A program made the position numbers and the translations under genes. Shown here one piece after another: positions 1 through 7,550 of a stretch of DNA of 30,598 nucleotides. The first letter of the stretch is position 1, and each line of letters begins with the position of its first letter. This DNA comes from a virus (lineage: Duplodnaviria > Caudoviricetes), in IMG/VR virus record IMGVR_UViG_3300037961_002660, positions 1 to 30,598 of that record; one strand, given 5' to 3'. The notes under the pieces were generated by a model. It saw only the letters and a program-made list of their open reading frames with translations, ran no database searches and was not told the origin of the DNA.

Positions 1-1
1 T

Positions 2-631
2 ATAACTAGCGGGGGTAATTTCGCAATAGGAACCACAACTACTTCAAGTAAACTTGGGGTCAATGGGGGTGTAGCTATCGGTGCTAGTTACACTGGATCT
101 ACTGCGCCTACGAACGGAATGCTTATCCAAGGCAACGTAGGAATAGGGACTAGTTCTGTATCAGGATACTACGCGCTTCAAGTTAATGGTAGTATCCAAG
201 GCTCGTATAAGAGTTTTGTAATTGATCACCCAACCAAAGAGAATAAGCAACTGGTTCACGCCTCTCTTGAGGGGCCAGAGATTGGGGTATACTTCCGAGG
301 CAAGAGCACTTCTGACACGATAACCATGCCTGATTATTGGGATGGGCTGGTAGATCTTGATACTATGACAGTAGAGCTTACAGCTATCGGATCTAATCAA
401 TGTCTATTTGTTGCTTCTATGGAGGCTAACGGAGATGTTGTTGTTGGGTCAAATACTGATGAGCCTTTGAATTATTACTACGTTGTTTATGGGGAGAGGA
501 AAGATATCGACAAACTCACAATAGAGGTTGACATTGAAGAAACTGAAGATAACAATGAATCCATTGCAGATAATGAAACTGAAGTGGATTATGATTCAGT
601 TGAATATATCGATTCTCTAGCTAATGCTTAA
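2..631 (+). CDS. Tail fibre/spike protein, C-terminal part (5'-truncated by the window edge), with a chaperone-like C-terminal domain
   Basis: The frame is open from position 2 (ITSGGNFAIGTTTTSSKLGVNGG...), so the track start at 119 is internal. It has GNFAIGT/GNVGIGT beta-repeats typical of phage fibres, then the KSFVIDHP...LVHASLEGPE.GVYFRG...YYYVVYGERKD domain common at fibre C-termini, then an acidic tail. Confidence 0.75.
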   Translation: MTSGGNFAIGTTTTSSKLGVNGGVAIGASYTGSTAPTNGMLIQGNVGIGTSSVSGYYALQVNGSIQGSYKSFVIDHPTKENKQLVHASLEGPEIGVYFRGKSTSDTITMPDYWDGLVDLDTMTVELTAIGSNQCLFVASMEANGDVVVGSNTDEPLNYYYVVYGERKDIDKLTIEVDIEETEDNNESIADNETEVDYDSVEYIDSLANA

Positions 632-1310
632 CACAGTATTTTTAATACCAATAGATCACAGAGGTATACATGGTAAGTTATTTGAACAATACCTAGAACT
701 TCAGTCTTGGTGTGAAAAAAACAATTCAAAGATAGTTACGTGTAATGGCTTGTTTCTGAATTTCGCAAGAAATTTTTTAGCTACAGGAGGTCGGGGGAAC
801 TACGATACAAGACCGATTGAGGCAGAGTGGTTATTCTGGATTGATTCAGATATCCAATTTTCAATAGAGCAAATAGATTATTTGCACAGAATAGACCCTA
901 AACATAAATTTGTGACGGGATGGTATAAGAGTGATTACTCAGATTCAGCAATGGTTGGTAAGTGGGACGAAGATTATTTTCGTGAAAATTTACATATGCC
1001 TTTTCTATCTGGTGATTTCATGGAGAAGAAAGCAAAAGATTCTCCCTCAAAATTAATTAAGGTAGACTGGTGTGGTTTTGGATTTACCAAAGTCCACAGG
1101 TCTATTTACGAAGAGATGGAATATCCCTATTATCCACTCAACCCTGTGGAGATTAAAGGTTGTAAGGGGGTAAACGGGGATAAAATTGATGTGCGAGATA
1201 TGTCTTTTGAGGATGTAAGTTTCTGCAATAACTGCTATGCTACTACAGGAATTAAGCCACTCGTAGTGCCTAAGTTACGTGTAGGGCATCTCAAATCTTT
1301 TTTTGTTTAA
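624..1310 (+). CDS. Glycosyltransferase, GT-A fold (GT2-like)
   Basis: ARN motif, hydrophobic strand plus DxD (WLFWIDSDI), GFGF, ED (SFEDVSFC) and C-terminal VGH.K are all characteristic of phage GT-A proteins. Confidence 0.8.
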   Translation: MLNTVFLIPIDHRGIHGKLFEQYLELQSWCEKNNSKIVTCNGLFLNFARNFLATGGRGNYDTRPIEAEWLFWIDSDIQFSIEQIDYLHRIDPKHKFVTGWYKSDYSDSAMVGKWDEDYFRENLHMPFLSGDFMEKKAKDSPSKLIKVDWCGFGFTKVHRSIYEEMEYPYYPLNPVEIKGCKGVNGDKIDVRDMSFEDVSFCNNCYATTGIKPLVVPKLRVGHLKSFFV

Positions 1311-1314
1311 ACTC

Positions 1315-1343
1315 TTGAAAACACACCTTAATCCACTTACTTT
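1315..1343 (+). promoter_or_regulatory. Putative sigma70-type promoter, (near-)leaderless transcript
   Basis: TTGAAA-17 nt-TACTTT in a 41-nt intergenic gap, 8 nt before ATG 1352, with no SD. Confidence 0.5.
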
Positions 1344-1351
1344 TCTACCAT

Positions 1352-1543
1352 ATGAAAGAAATTGAATTCACCGATGGAGAACGACAGGCTATTATTCAGC
1401 TTATTGATATTGCAATTAAGCATCCTACCCTTGGTGGGGCAAAAGTTGCTGGAGCTGGTAGTTTTCTAATTAGCAAGTTTGTTGATGATCCTGCACCTGA
1501 AGCAGAGTCTGACGTAGAGCAGGTAGAAGAAGTGGAGGAGTAA
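1352..1543 (+). CDS. Small hypothetical protein (tail region), acidic C-terminus
   Basis: 63 aa ORF fills the gap, and its stop overlaps the next ATG (TAATG). Confidence 0.7.
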   Translation: MKEIEFTDGERQAIIQLIDIAIKHPTLGGAKVAGAGSFLISKFVDDPAPEAESDVEQVEEVEE

Positions 1544-2826
1544 TGCCTGTTCAAAGGAATCAACCTAGCCCTCAAAGGCAAACAGTCTTAACATTCGTAT
1601 CTCCGAATGTTCAAGACCTACTGTTTTATGAAACTGTAGATGCCCAGAGGGTTGGGAAGACTCCTCCTGCATATGGGACAGCTCACCCTGATACGGTAAA
1701 CTTCCCTAATCATATTCTTGCTCACGTTCGTCAAGCTGATCCTAATGGTCAGCTTTATTATTATTTCTATGTAAACACTAGATCTTCTCAGGACGAATAT
1801 AACTTTGAATATTCTCAGGCAAGCTTGGGGCAGACGAAGTTTAACACAGTTGTTCGAACTTATGTAGATCTTCGTTCTTCATTTACTGAAGACTCAACTG
1901 CATATGCTGCGGGAACTGATATGCCTGTAGCTCCTACTTCCGCTAACTTTACTGGTAAGGGCTACAAGCTCATGGGTAGGGAGCAGAAAAGAATCGGAGA
2001 TAAAGAACTAGACGGAGTATTTGTTGTGGAGCAAAGGGTGTATTTTGTTCCAGAAGATATTAAGACTTTGGGGTGGGATGACCTGTCTCATTACAACCTG
2101 ACCCAAACTGTAAGCTATCACTATAGAGGGGAAACAATAACAGATAGCAATACAACTCCTGCTACCAGTGCCACAATAGAGTCATTGGTAGCAGATGGGG
2201 GTCATGTGTTTTGGAAGACCAACACAAGAGATTCAGGTGGAAAACGAATTGGTTATTACAGGGAAGGTAGACAAGTATCTGCTGATTGGTTTGAAGTAGT
2301 TAAGAAAGAAGTAATAGCAGGAGCACCTTCAGGTAGCGACAACATAACCATAGATAGTTACTCAACTGCTATGGACCATACTTTCCCTCCAGTATTAGAT
2401 GAAATTGAGATCGTTAACTGGGAAAGACATGACGGGCAGAACTTATCTTTTGTTGAATACCACATGAACCCAGAAGCATTTCGAGGTTCTTGCACTACAG
2501 ACGTTGAAGTATCTTGGTCTCCTAATAAGTTTAGTGATTCTAATGGTGGTAAACCTACGGTTGAGAATTTTGAACCTCAATCGTTTACCTTCGGAACCCC
2601 ATATGTCCGTATAAACATTCCACCGTGCTTAATGAATGGGGGAGAACTCCGCTGCACTACAGGAACTGTAGATCCCGTATATAAATATTCTGCTTATATT
2701 AAGCAGATACCAGTAACAAGCCCCCCTACTATACCTGACACACACGTAGCTAAAGACACACAAGAACCAGCTCGTGGTGGTTACTTGAGAACAAAGTGGA
2801 CAGTCCACAAACCTAGCTATTCGTAG
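1543..2826 (+). CDS. Hypothetical protein, probably virion structural (tail)
   Basis: 427 aa, rich in T/S/V/Y with beta-strand character, translationally coupled within the structural module. No recognised motif. Confidence 0.6.
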   Translation: MPVQRNQPSPQRQTVLTFVSPNVQDLLFYETVDAQRVGKTPPAYGTAHPDTVNFPNHILAHVRQADPNGQLYYYFYVNTRSSQDEYNFEYSQASLGQTKFNTVVRTYVDLRSSFTEDSTAYAAGTDMPVAPTSANFTGKGYKLMGREQKRIGDKELDGVFVVEQRVYFVPEDIKTLGWDDLSHYNLTQTVSYHYRGETITDSNTTPATSATIESLVADGGHVFWKTNTRDSGGKRIGYYREGRQVSADWFEVVKKEVIAGAPSGSDNITIDSYSTAMDHTFPPVLDEIEIVNWERHDGQNLSFVEYHMNPEAFRGSCTTDVEVSWSPNKFSDSNGGKPTVENFEPQSFTFGTPYVRINIPPCLMNGGELRCTTGTVDPVYKYSAYIKQIPVTSPPTIPDTHVAKDTQEPARGGYLRTKWTVHKPSYS

Positions 2827-4466
2827 TGCTTACACCACCATTCAGTTTTTTTAAATCTGCGCGTAAGTTCTTCTCTAGGAAGTTTCAAGGGGAGGACGAG
2901 ATCCCTGAGATTGGGGAAGGCGTTGAAACTGAAGCAGATAAGAGTGTCACAGACCCAGAACTTACCACACCAAAAAAAGTAGGTATCGCTCCAAAACCCC
3001 CGATTCTTGCGGGGCAAGATGATTTTCATCAAGCTGGCCCTTACGTCCCCCCACCTTCTCCAGAAATTAGCCACGATGAGTTTGGCTTCCGTGATGAGCA
3101 CACACCCTATCGGTTTGAACCCGACACTGATATGGTTGTATGTATTACAAAAGCTTTTCTGTATGAGATACACCCTCTTGAAAATGGCACCTCAGTAAAA
3201 AAACACCCCCTTAAAAATCCTGATAACCCAGATCTACCACTCACTATACAAGTTACTGAAAACTGTCTCGTCTATTCAGAATATGAAACTGATAATCACG
3301 GCAGAGTAATTGATGCTGATCAAGATGGAATATTTTACGCCCTTAAAAAAGAAGACGCGGGAGAGGATGGAGGTCAGGTAGACATTCCCCCTTCAACTCA
3401 TTTTGAGTTACCTGATGGCGAAGGTGGGGCAGGGGCAGAAGGTAAATACAAAATACCATTGTTCTGGATAGTAGATAGTAAGTTATACCGCACTCAATGG
3501 GATAACGAAGTAGAAGATCCAAGGACTACTCTTTTGAGGGGGTCATTAGAAGGACACCGTGGCCCACTATGGTGGGTAGCGGGTTACAATGCTTTAGCTA
3601 ATTTAGGTGGAGGAGCTAAAGTGTATGCCCAATACAATATTGGTTCCGACCAAAAGCAGTTACGTTCTTTAAAAGAAAAAGGACAGACAGAAGATTCCAC
3701 TAATAAAGTTTCTGGACGAGCGCAAATTCAAGTCGAAGAAGCTGCCAATGGCAACGAGATTGATATCTACGGGAACAGATACAATAAACATTGGAAGATA
3801 GGAGACAAAGGGGTAGCTATTGTAGAAGATGGCTTAGTCAGATGCTTTCAAAACTTATCGTGTGTTAATGTATCCACGATCACCCTTGCGACAACTCAAG
3901 TTTACACCTCTACAACTTCGGTAGTAAAATGTTCTACTACTGGGAACATAGACACAGATGTTTGGAAAGGTGGGGATACAAATGATAATATGGTCCAAGG
4001 AACTCCTCACGCTACCATGTGGGCTGGGGGGAGTAGTGTAAGTATAGGTTATGTTCAGGTTAGCACTGTGGGGGGTGGAACCGCGTGGTGTCTAGGAGTC
4101 GCAGCCAGTGGTTCTTACAGTAGTTCGGCCCCTACTGCACACAGCTTCATAGATGGAGCTGACACCGTGACGGGGGTAACTTCGGTCGTGACAGTAACAG
4201 GAGTCCCAACTGAGGTAGGTCAAGTAACGGGTGTGACCTCTGCGGTTACTGTAACAGGCATAAGTGGGGATGTTACTCAGACAGACTCAATCAAGAGCTT
4301 TACTTGTGTTGATGCAGTTGTCACATCTAGCCCCACTACAGTTTACGTTTACGATGGTTCCACTACGAAATTCTTAAACCCACCAGATGCTAACCATTTA
4401 AATCTGGTCAAATGTCCTGAGTCAAACCTCACAGATTCTTGCCCTGACCCTATTCCTCCAGATTAA
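2826..4466 (+). CDS. Putative tail/receptor-binding protein with a Thr/Val/Gly-rich repetitive C-terminal region
   Basis: 546 aa; the GTG start overlaps the previous TAG. Acidic, Pro-rich N-terminus; C-terminal half with VTGVTS repeats and several Cys. Confidence 0.55.
   Translation: MLTPPFSFFKSARKFFSRKFQGEDEIPEIGEGVETEADKSVTDPELTTPKKVGIAPKPPILAGQDDFHQAGPYVPPPSPEISHDEFGFRDEHTPYRFEPDTDMVVCITKAFLYEIHPLENGTSVKKHPLKNPDNPDLPLTIQVTENCLVYSEYETDNHGRVIDADQDGIFYALKKEDAGEDGGQVDIPPSTHFELPDGEGGAGAEGKYKIPLFWIVDSKLYRTQWDNEVEDPRTTLLRGSLEGHRGPLWWVAGYNALANLGGGAKVYAQYNIGSDQKQLRSLKEKGQTEDSTNKVSGRAQIQVEEAANGNEIDIYGNRYNKHWKIGDKGVAIVEDGLVRCFQNLSCVNVSTITLATTQVYTSTTSVVKCSTTGNIDTDVWKGGDTNDNMVQGTPHATMWAGGSSVSIGYVQVSTVGGGTAWCLGVAASGSYSSSAPTAHSFIDGADTVTGVTSVVTVTGVPTEVGQVTGVTSAVTVTGISGDVTQTDSIKSFTCVDAVVTSSPTTVYVYDGSTTKFLNPPDANHLNLVKCPESNLTDSCPDPIPPD
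4167..4262 (+). repeat. Degenerate coding tandem repeat, 57-nt (19 aa) period
   Basis: VTGVTSVVTVTGV at 4167 and VTGVTSAVTVTGI at 4224; protein conserved while third codon positions have diverged. Confidence 0.8.
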
Positions 4467-4497
4467 CCTTATCGAAATACTTGATAAAGTTGATACC

Positions 4498-4526
4498 TTG
4501 ACCTTGAGACAATTAGCCATTATCAT
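4498..4526 (+). promoter_or_regulatory. Putative sigma70-type promoter, leaderless transcript
   Basis: TTGACC-17 nt-TATCAT, 5 nt before ATG 4532. Confidence 0.6.
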
Positions 4527-4531
4527 TAGGT

Positions 4532-5494
4532 ATGGCTACTTTAACCGTAGCGGGGGTAGAAGAAGCCCTCTCTAAATACAAAACTGTAGGGTCAAGCTTC
4601 ATACAGGAGCTTAATTTAGTTTTGCCGCGCCTATACGCAATGGGCATGTGGCGAGACCTTTTATACGAGACCGTCATTAGCACAACAGACGGTAATTTTA
4701 CACTCCCTGAGGGAGAGTCGATTGTTTCTGCAATGATTGAGAATGATCCTGCAAAGGTAAGGTCTCAGTTCCATGACTATCGGTTGACTGGAAGAAACAA
4801 TGATGGTGTCACACTGGCGATGTATGGTCTGGTAGATGATGGGTTTGTCCCAACAATAAATGAGTTGGACTCTTCTAAATCTTACAAGATTGAGGTAGCT
4901 CCAATTTATCCAGAGACAGAACTCCCTAGAACTACTAACGATTTCATAACAGTAACAGGTTTGAATAATAGCACTACCCCAGTTGCAATTACTTACGAGC
5001 CTAAAATAGCTACTGCTACCTCTTCCTCCGTAACTTCAACTAGTTTATTTACTAGTATCGAAGAAATCAGGAATGGAGATAGCAGTCTATCAGCCCCTGT
5101 AAGAGTTACTGCGGTAAACAATGCAGATGCTACTGATAGGCTGCATCTTGCAGACGTTCAAGAATCTAACAAAGTAAGCCGATTTAGGAGGTATAGACTG
5201 AACAATAACGTATCTCTAACGGTTACAAAAACAATGAGGCTCCTCGTAAAGAGGAAGTTCAAAACACTAATCAATAGCTACGATCCTGTTTATCCAAGCA
5301 ACTTAAATGCAATTAAACACGGTTTGCTTGGGACTGTAGCAGAAGACAACGCAGATATTGAAAGAGCCAATTACCATTGGGCTATTTGCAAACAACTCCT
5401 CGATGAAGAACTGGACGCTTACAGGGGTGCTGCAAAACCAACAATTATTTTTGATCCGTCAGGTTCAAACAGTCGCGTCCCTAACATACTATAA
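4532..5494 (+). CDS. Probable virion structural protein (head-tail adaptor/tail tubular-like)
   Basis: 320 aa with helical N- and C-termini around a beta-rich core, an architecture seen in podoviral adaptor proteins. The function is inferred. Confidence 0.45.
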   Translation: MATLTVAGVEEALSKYKTVGSSFIQELNLVLPRLYAMGMWRDLLYETVISTTDGNFTLPEGESIVSAMIENDPAKVRSQFHDYRLTGRNNDGVTLAMYGLVDDGFVPTINELDSSKSYKIEVAPIYPETELPRTTNDFITVTGLNNSTTPVAITYEPKIATATSSSVTSTSLFTSIEEIRNGDSSLSAPVRVTAVNNADATDRLHLADVQESNKVSRFRRYRLNNNVSLTVTKTMRLLVKRKFKTLINSYDPVYPSNLNAIKHGLLGTVAEDNADIERANYHWAICKQLLDEELDAYRGAAKPTIIFDPSGSNSRVPNIL

Positions 5495-5497
5495 ATT

Positions 5498-5686
5498 ATG
5501 AGTGATATACTAAACTACTTCAACGAAAACAAAGATGGAATTATTGGAGTCCTTACTGCAATTGTTGCAGCAGCTTCAGCCATTTGCGCCCTAACGCCAA
5601 CCCCTAAAGATGACAGCATTGTTCGTAAAGCATATGTCATTGTTGAGTGGTTAGCTCTTAACGTAGGCAAAGCAAAAGACAAATAA
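5498..5686 (+). CDS. Holin-like small membrane protein
   Basis: 62 aa with a hydrophobic helix IIGVLTAIVAAASAICAL, then TPTPKDD and a basic C-terminus; first gene of the lysis cluster. Confidence 0.65.
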   Translation: MSDILNYFNENKDGIIGVLTAIVAAASAICALTPTPKDDSIVRKAYVIVEWLALNVGKAKDK

Positions 5687-5693
5687 TAGGCGC

Positions 5694-5903
5694 ATGTTGC
5701 GTTTAATAACAGCCGCATTAGAAGCTTTTATAGCATATATAAATTTAAAGAACAGACGTTACATAGATGAGATCGAAGATGAGATTGATGAGCTTGCCCG
5801 TAGTGGCACTCCTTCTGCAAAGTTGCGCATTGAAAGATTGGGCAAACGACTCAGTCGTGAACGACAGCGCACTATACGATCCGCCGACAGTAACTCTGAT
5901 TGA
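5694..5903 (+). CDS. Putative i-spanin (Rz-like)
   Basis: N-terminal hydrophobic segment followed by a charged helical region; overlapped out of frame by a lipoprotein ORF. Confidence 0.5.
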   Translation: MLRLITAALEAFIAYINLKNRRYIDEIEDEIDELARSGTPSAKLRIERLGKRLSRERQRTIRSADSNSD

Positions 5904-6009
5904 AGGTAAACAATATGAGTTTGTTGAAGGAGTCCTTCAAGGAAGAAAGGACCACAAATTCCACAGCAATTATTCATACCTAAGGGCAATTACAATTGGA
6001 AATAAATGA
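5779..6009 (+). CDS. Putative o-spanin (Rz1-like lipoprotein); start could be 5767, 5779 or 5788
   Basis: Signal peptide with lipobox MRLMSLPVVALLLQS-C (Cys codon at 5824). It starts inside the preceding ORF in the +1 frame and its stop overlaps the next ATG. Confidence 0.6.
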   Translation: MRLMSLPVVALLLQSCALKDWANDSVVNDSALYDPPTVTLIEGKQYEFVEGVLQGRKDHKFHSNYSYLRAITIGNK

Positions 6010-6179
6010 ACTCCTCAAAATTGATTGATACCCTTTTGGGGACTTTAACACCTACGATTGCAATAGCTGCTTCGATGCAGGAGCAAATAGAATATTGGCT
6101 GCGAGTGATATCACTTATACTGGGTATCGCAGTAGCGGCTGTATCACTCTACCGTTTGATTTTTAAGTATAAGAAATGA
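6006..6179 (+). CDS. 57-aa membrane protein, holin/antiholin-like (not in the ORF track)
   Basis: My translation: MNSSKLIDTLLGTLTPTIAIAASMQEQIEYWLRVISLILGIAVAAVSLYRLIFKYKK. ATGA overlaps at both ends, two hydrophobic segments and a basic tail, directly before the endolysin. Confidence 0.75.
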   Translation: MNSSKLIDTLLGTLTPTIAIAASMQEQIEYWLRVISLILGIAVAAVSLYRLIFKYKK

Positions 6180-6721
6180 TAGGACTAGCTATAGGACATT
6201 CCAGACAAGGAGATAGTGGGGCTTACACTATTGGCAAAAATAGTGTGAGTGAACATAAGTTTAATTCAGAGTTGATCCCCTTAATCACACCTCACTTGAA
6301 AGTCCCCTACAAAATATATGATGACTACAACGCCGTCAGTTATGTAGGTGCTATGAACTATGTGTCTCGCAAGATGAGGGAAGATAATGTGGATGCTTGT
6401 ATTGAGTTCCACTTCAACGCTGCTGGACCTAAAGCCACAGGACATGAGTGGCTCCACTGGGAAACTAGTAGGGGCGGTAGGAGATTAGCTACTAAACTTA
6501 AAGAAGCAATGGATCAAGAATATCCTGAGCTTAGATCTCGTGGCGTTAAACCACGCGGTAGAGGTCAGCGTGGCGCATTGTTTCTTCGCAAGACCCCTTG
6601 TTACGCTTGTATTGCTGAACCGTTCTTCGGGTCAAATGCGGGGGATGTAGACTTGATTAGATCAAACATAGGTAGATTAGCTAAAGTATATGCAGAAGGA
6701 ATAAACAACTTCTATGCTTGA
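6176..6721 (+). CDS. Endolysin, N-acetylmuramoyl-L-alanine amidase (Amidase_3 family)
   Basis: Zn-ligand motifs GH...GA...E, EFHFNA, G.E, LR.T, and the catalytic IAEPFF.SN. Confidence 0.9.
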   Translation: MIGLAIGHSRQGDSGAYTIGKNSVSEHKFNSELIPLITPHLKVPYKIYDDYNAVSYVGAMNYVSRKMREDNVDACIEFHFNAAGPKATGHEWLHWETSRGGRRLATKLKEAMDQEYPELRSRGVKPRGRGQRGALFLRKTPCYACIAEPFFGSNAGDVDLIRSNIGRLAKVYAEGINNFYA

Positions 6722-7020
6722 TGAGGATACCAAAGACCATACGAGTTGCGGGACAGACTGTTCGGATTTTAAAAGAGGATCTGAGTGATGATGGTTTGTT
6801 TGGGTATTACAGTCACGACCGCAAAGTAATCATTCTATCTAAAGATCTAAAAGACCCCCAGTTATTGTTAACCTTGAGACACGAGTTAATGGAAGCTTCT
6901 TTGTGTATATCAGGAGTAGGTTTCTGTGAAACTTTTGAGCAGGAAGCTGTAGTCCGATGCATGGATGAAGTATTCTTCCCAGCTTGGGACAGGATAAGTA
7001 AACGAATTAGTAGTGGATGA
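6718..7020 (+). CDS. Small zincin-like (ImmA/IrrE-like) protein with variant motif HELME
   Basis: G.Y....VIILS...TLRHELMEA...EQE resembles minimal HExxH metallopeptidases, but the second His is Glu. Confidence 0.5.
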   Translation: MMRIPKTIRVAGQTVRILKEDLSDDGLFGYYSHDRKVIILSKDLKDPQLLLTLRHELMEASLCISGVGFCETFEQEAVVRCMDEVFFPAWDRISKRISSG

Positions 7021-7550
7021 AACGCAAAAAGCTCCCTCCTCAGTTCACTAGAACTAAGGGGATGCTCCTATTTACGCCTAACAGCGACAATATAAAGGAA
7101 GCGTTTGAGCGAAGCGAAAATTTAGGGGTGCTACCCAACTCATTTACAAGAGGCGCAGGAAGGATGACAGGGTTTTTAGGGGAGGTTGCATTTGAAAAAC
7201 TTTATCCTGAAGCTGTTTATGTGGGCGACAAAATATACACCCACGACTACGAGCTTGGTAAACGTAAGATAGATGTAAAAGCAAAGAGCTGTGCTGGAAA
7301 GCCACAACCCCATTACACTGCTTCAGTGAATTGTGCTGAAGGAAAAAAGCTGCCAGCTAATGCTTACTACTTTGTAAGAGTCCGTAAAGATTTCACAAGA
7401 GCTTGGATGTTAGGCTGGGCTACAGGACACAAGATTCAAAAGTCAGGTGAATATAAGAAACGGGGTGAGCCAGATGACTGGGGGTTTACCTACAAGGTAG
7501 ATGGATATCACCTACCTATTGAAGCACTGCGCCCTGCGAACTCTCTATAG
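7017..7550 (+). CDS. PD-(D/E)XK restriction-endonuclease-fold protein
   Basis: GFLGE.AF (motif I), HDY (motif II) and IDVKAK (motif III), followed by YYFVRV...WMLGW. Confidence 0.7.
   Translation: MKRKKLPPQFTRTKGMLLFTPNSDNIKEAFERSENLGVLPNSFTRGAGRMTGFLGEVAFEKLYPEAVYVGDKIYTHDYELGKRKIDVKAKSCAGKPQPHYTASVNCAEGKKLPANAYYFVRVRKDFTRAWMLGWATGHKIQKSGEYKKRGEPDDWGFTYKVDGYHLPIEALRPANSL

Noticed and set aside
4465-4491. Imperfect inverted repeat after the 546-aa gene
   Set aside because: AT-rich, weak stem with no U-tract; not convincing as a terminator.
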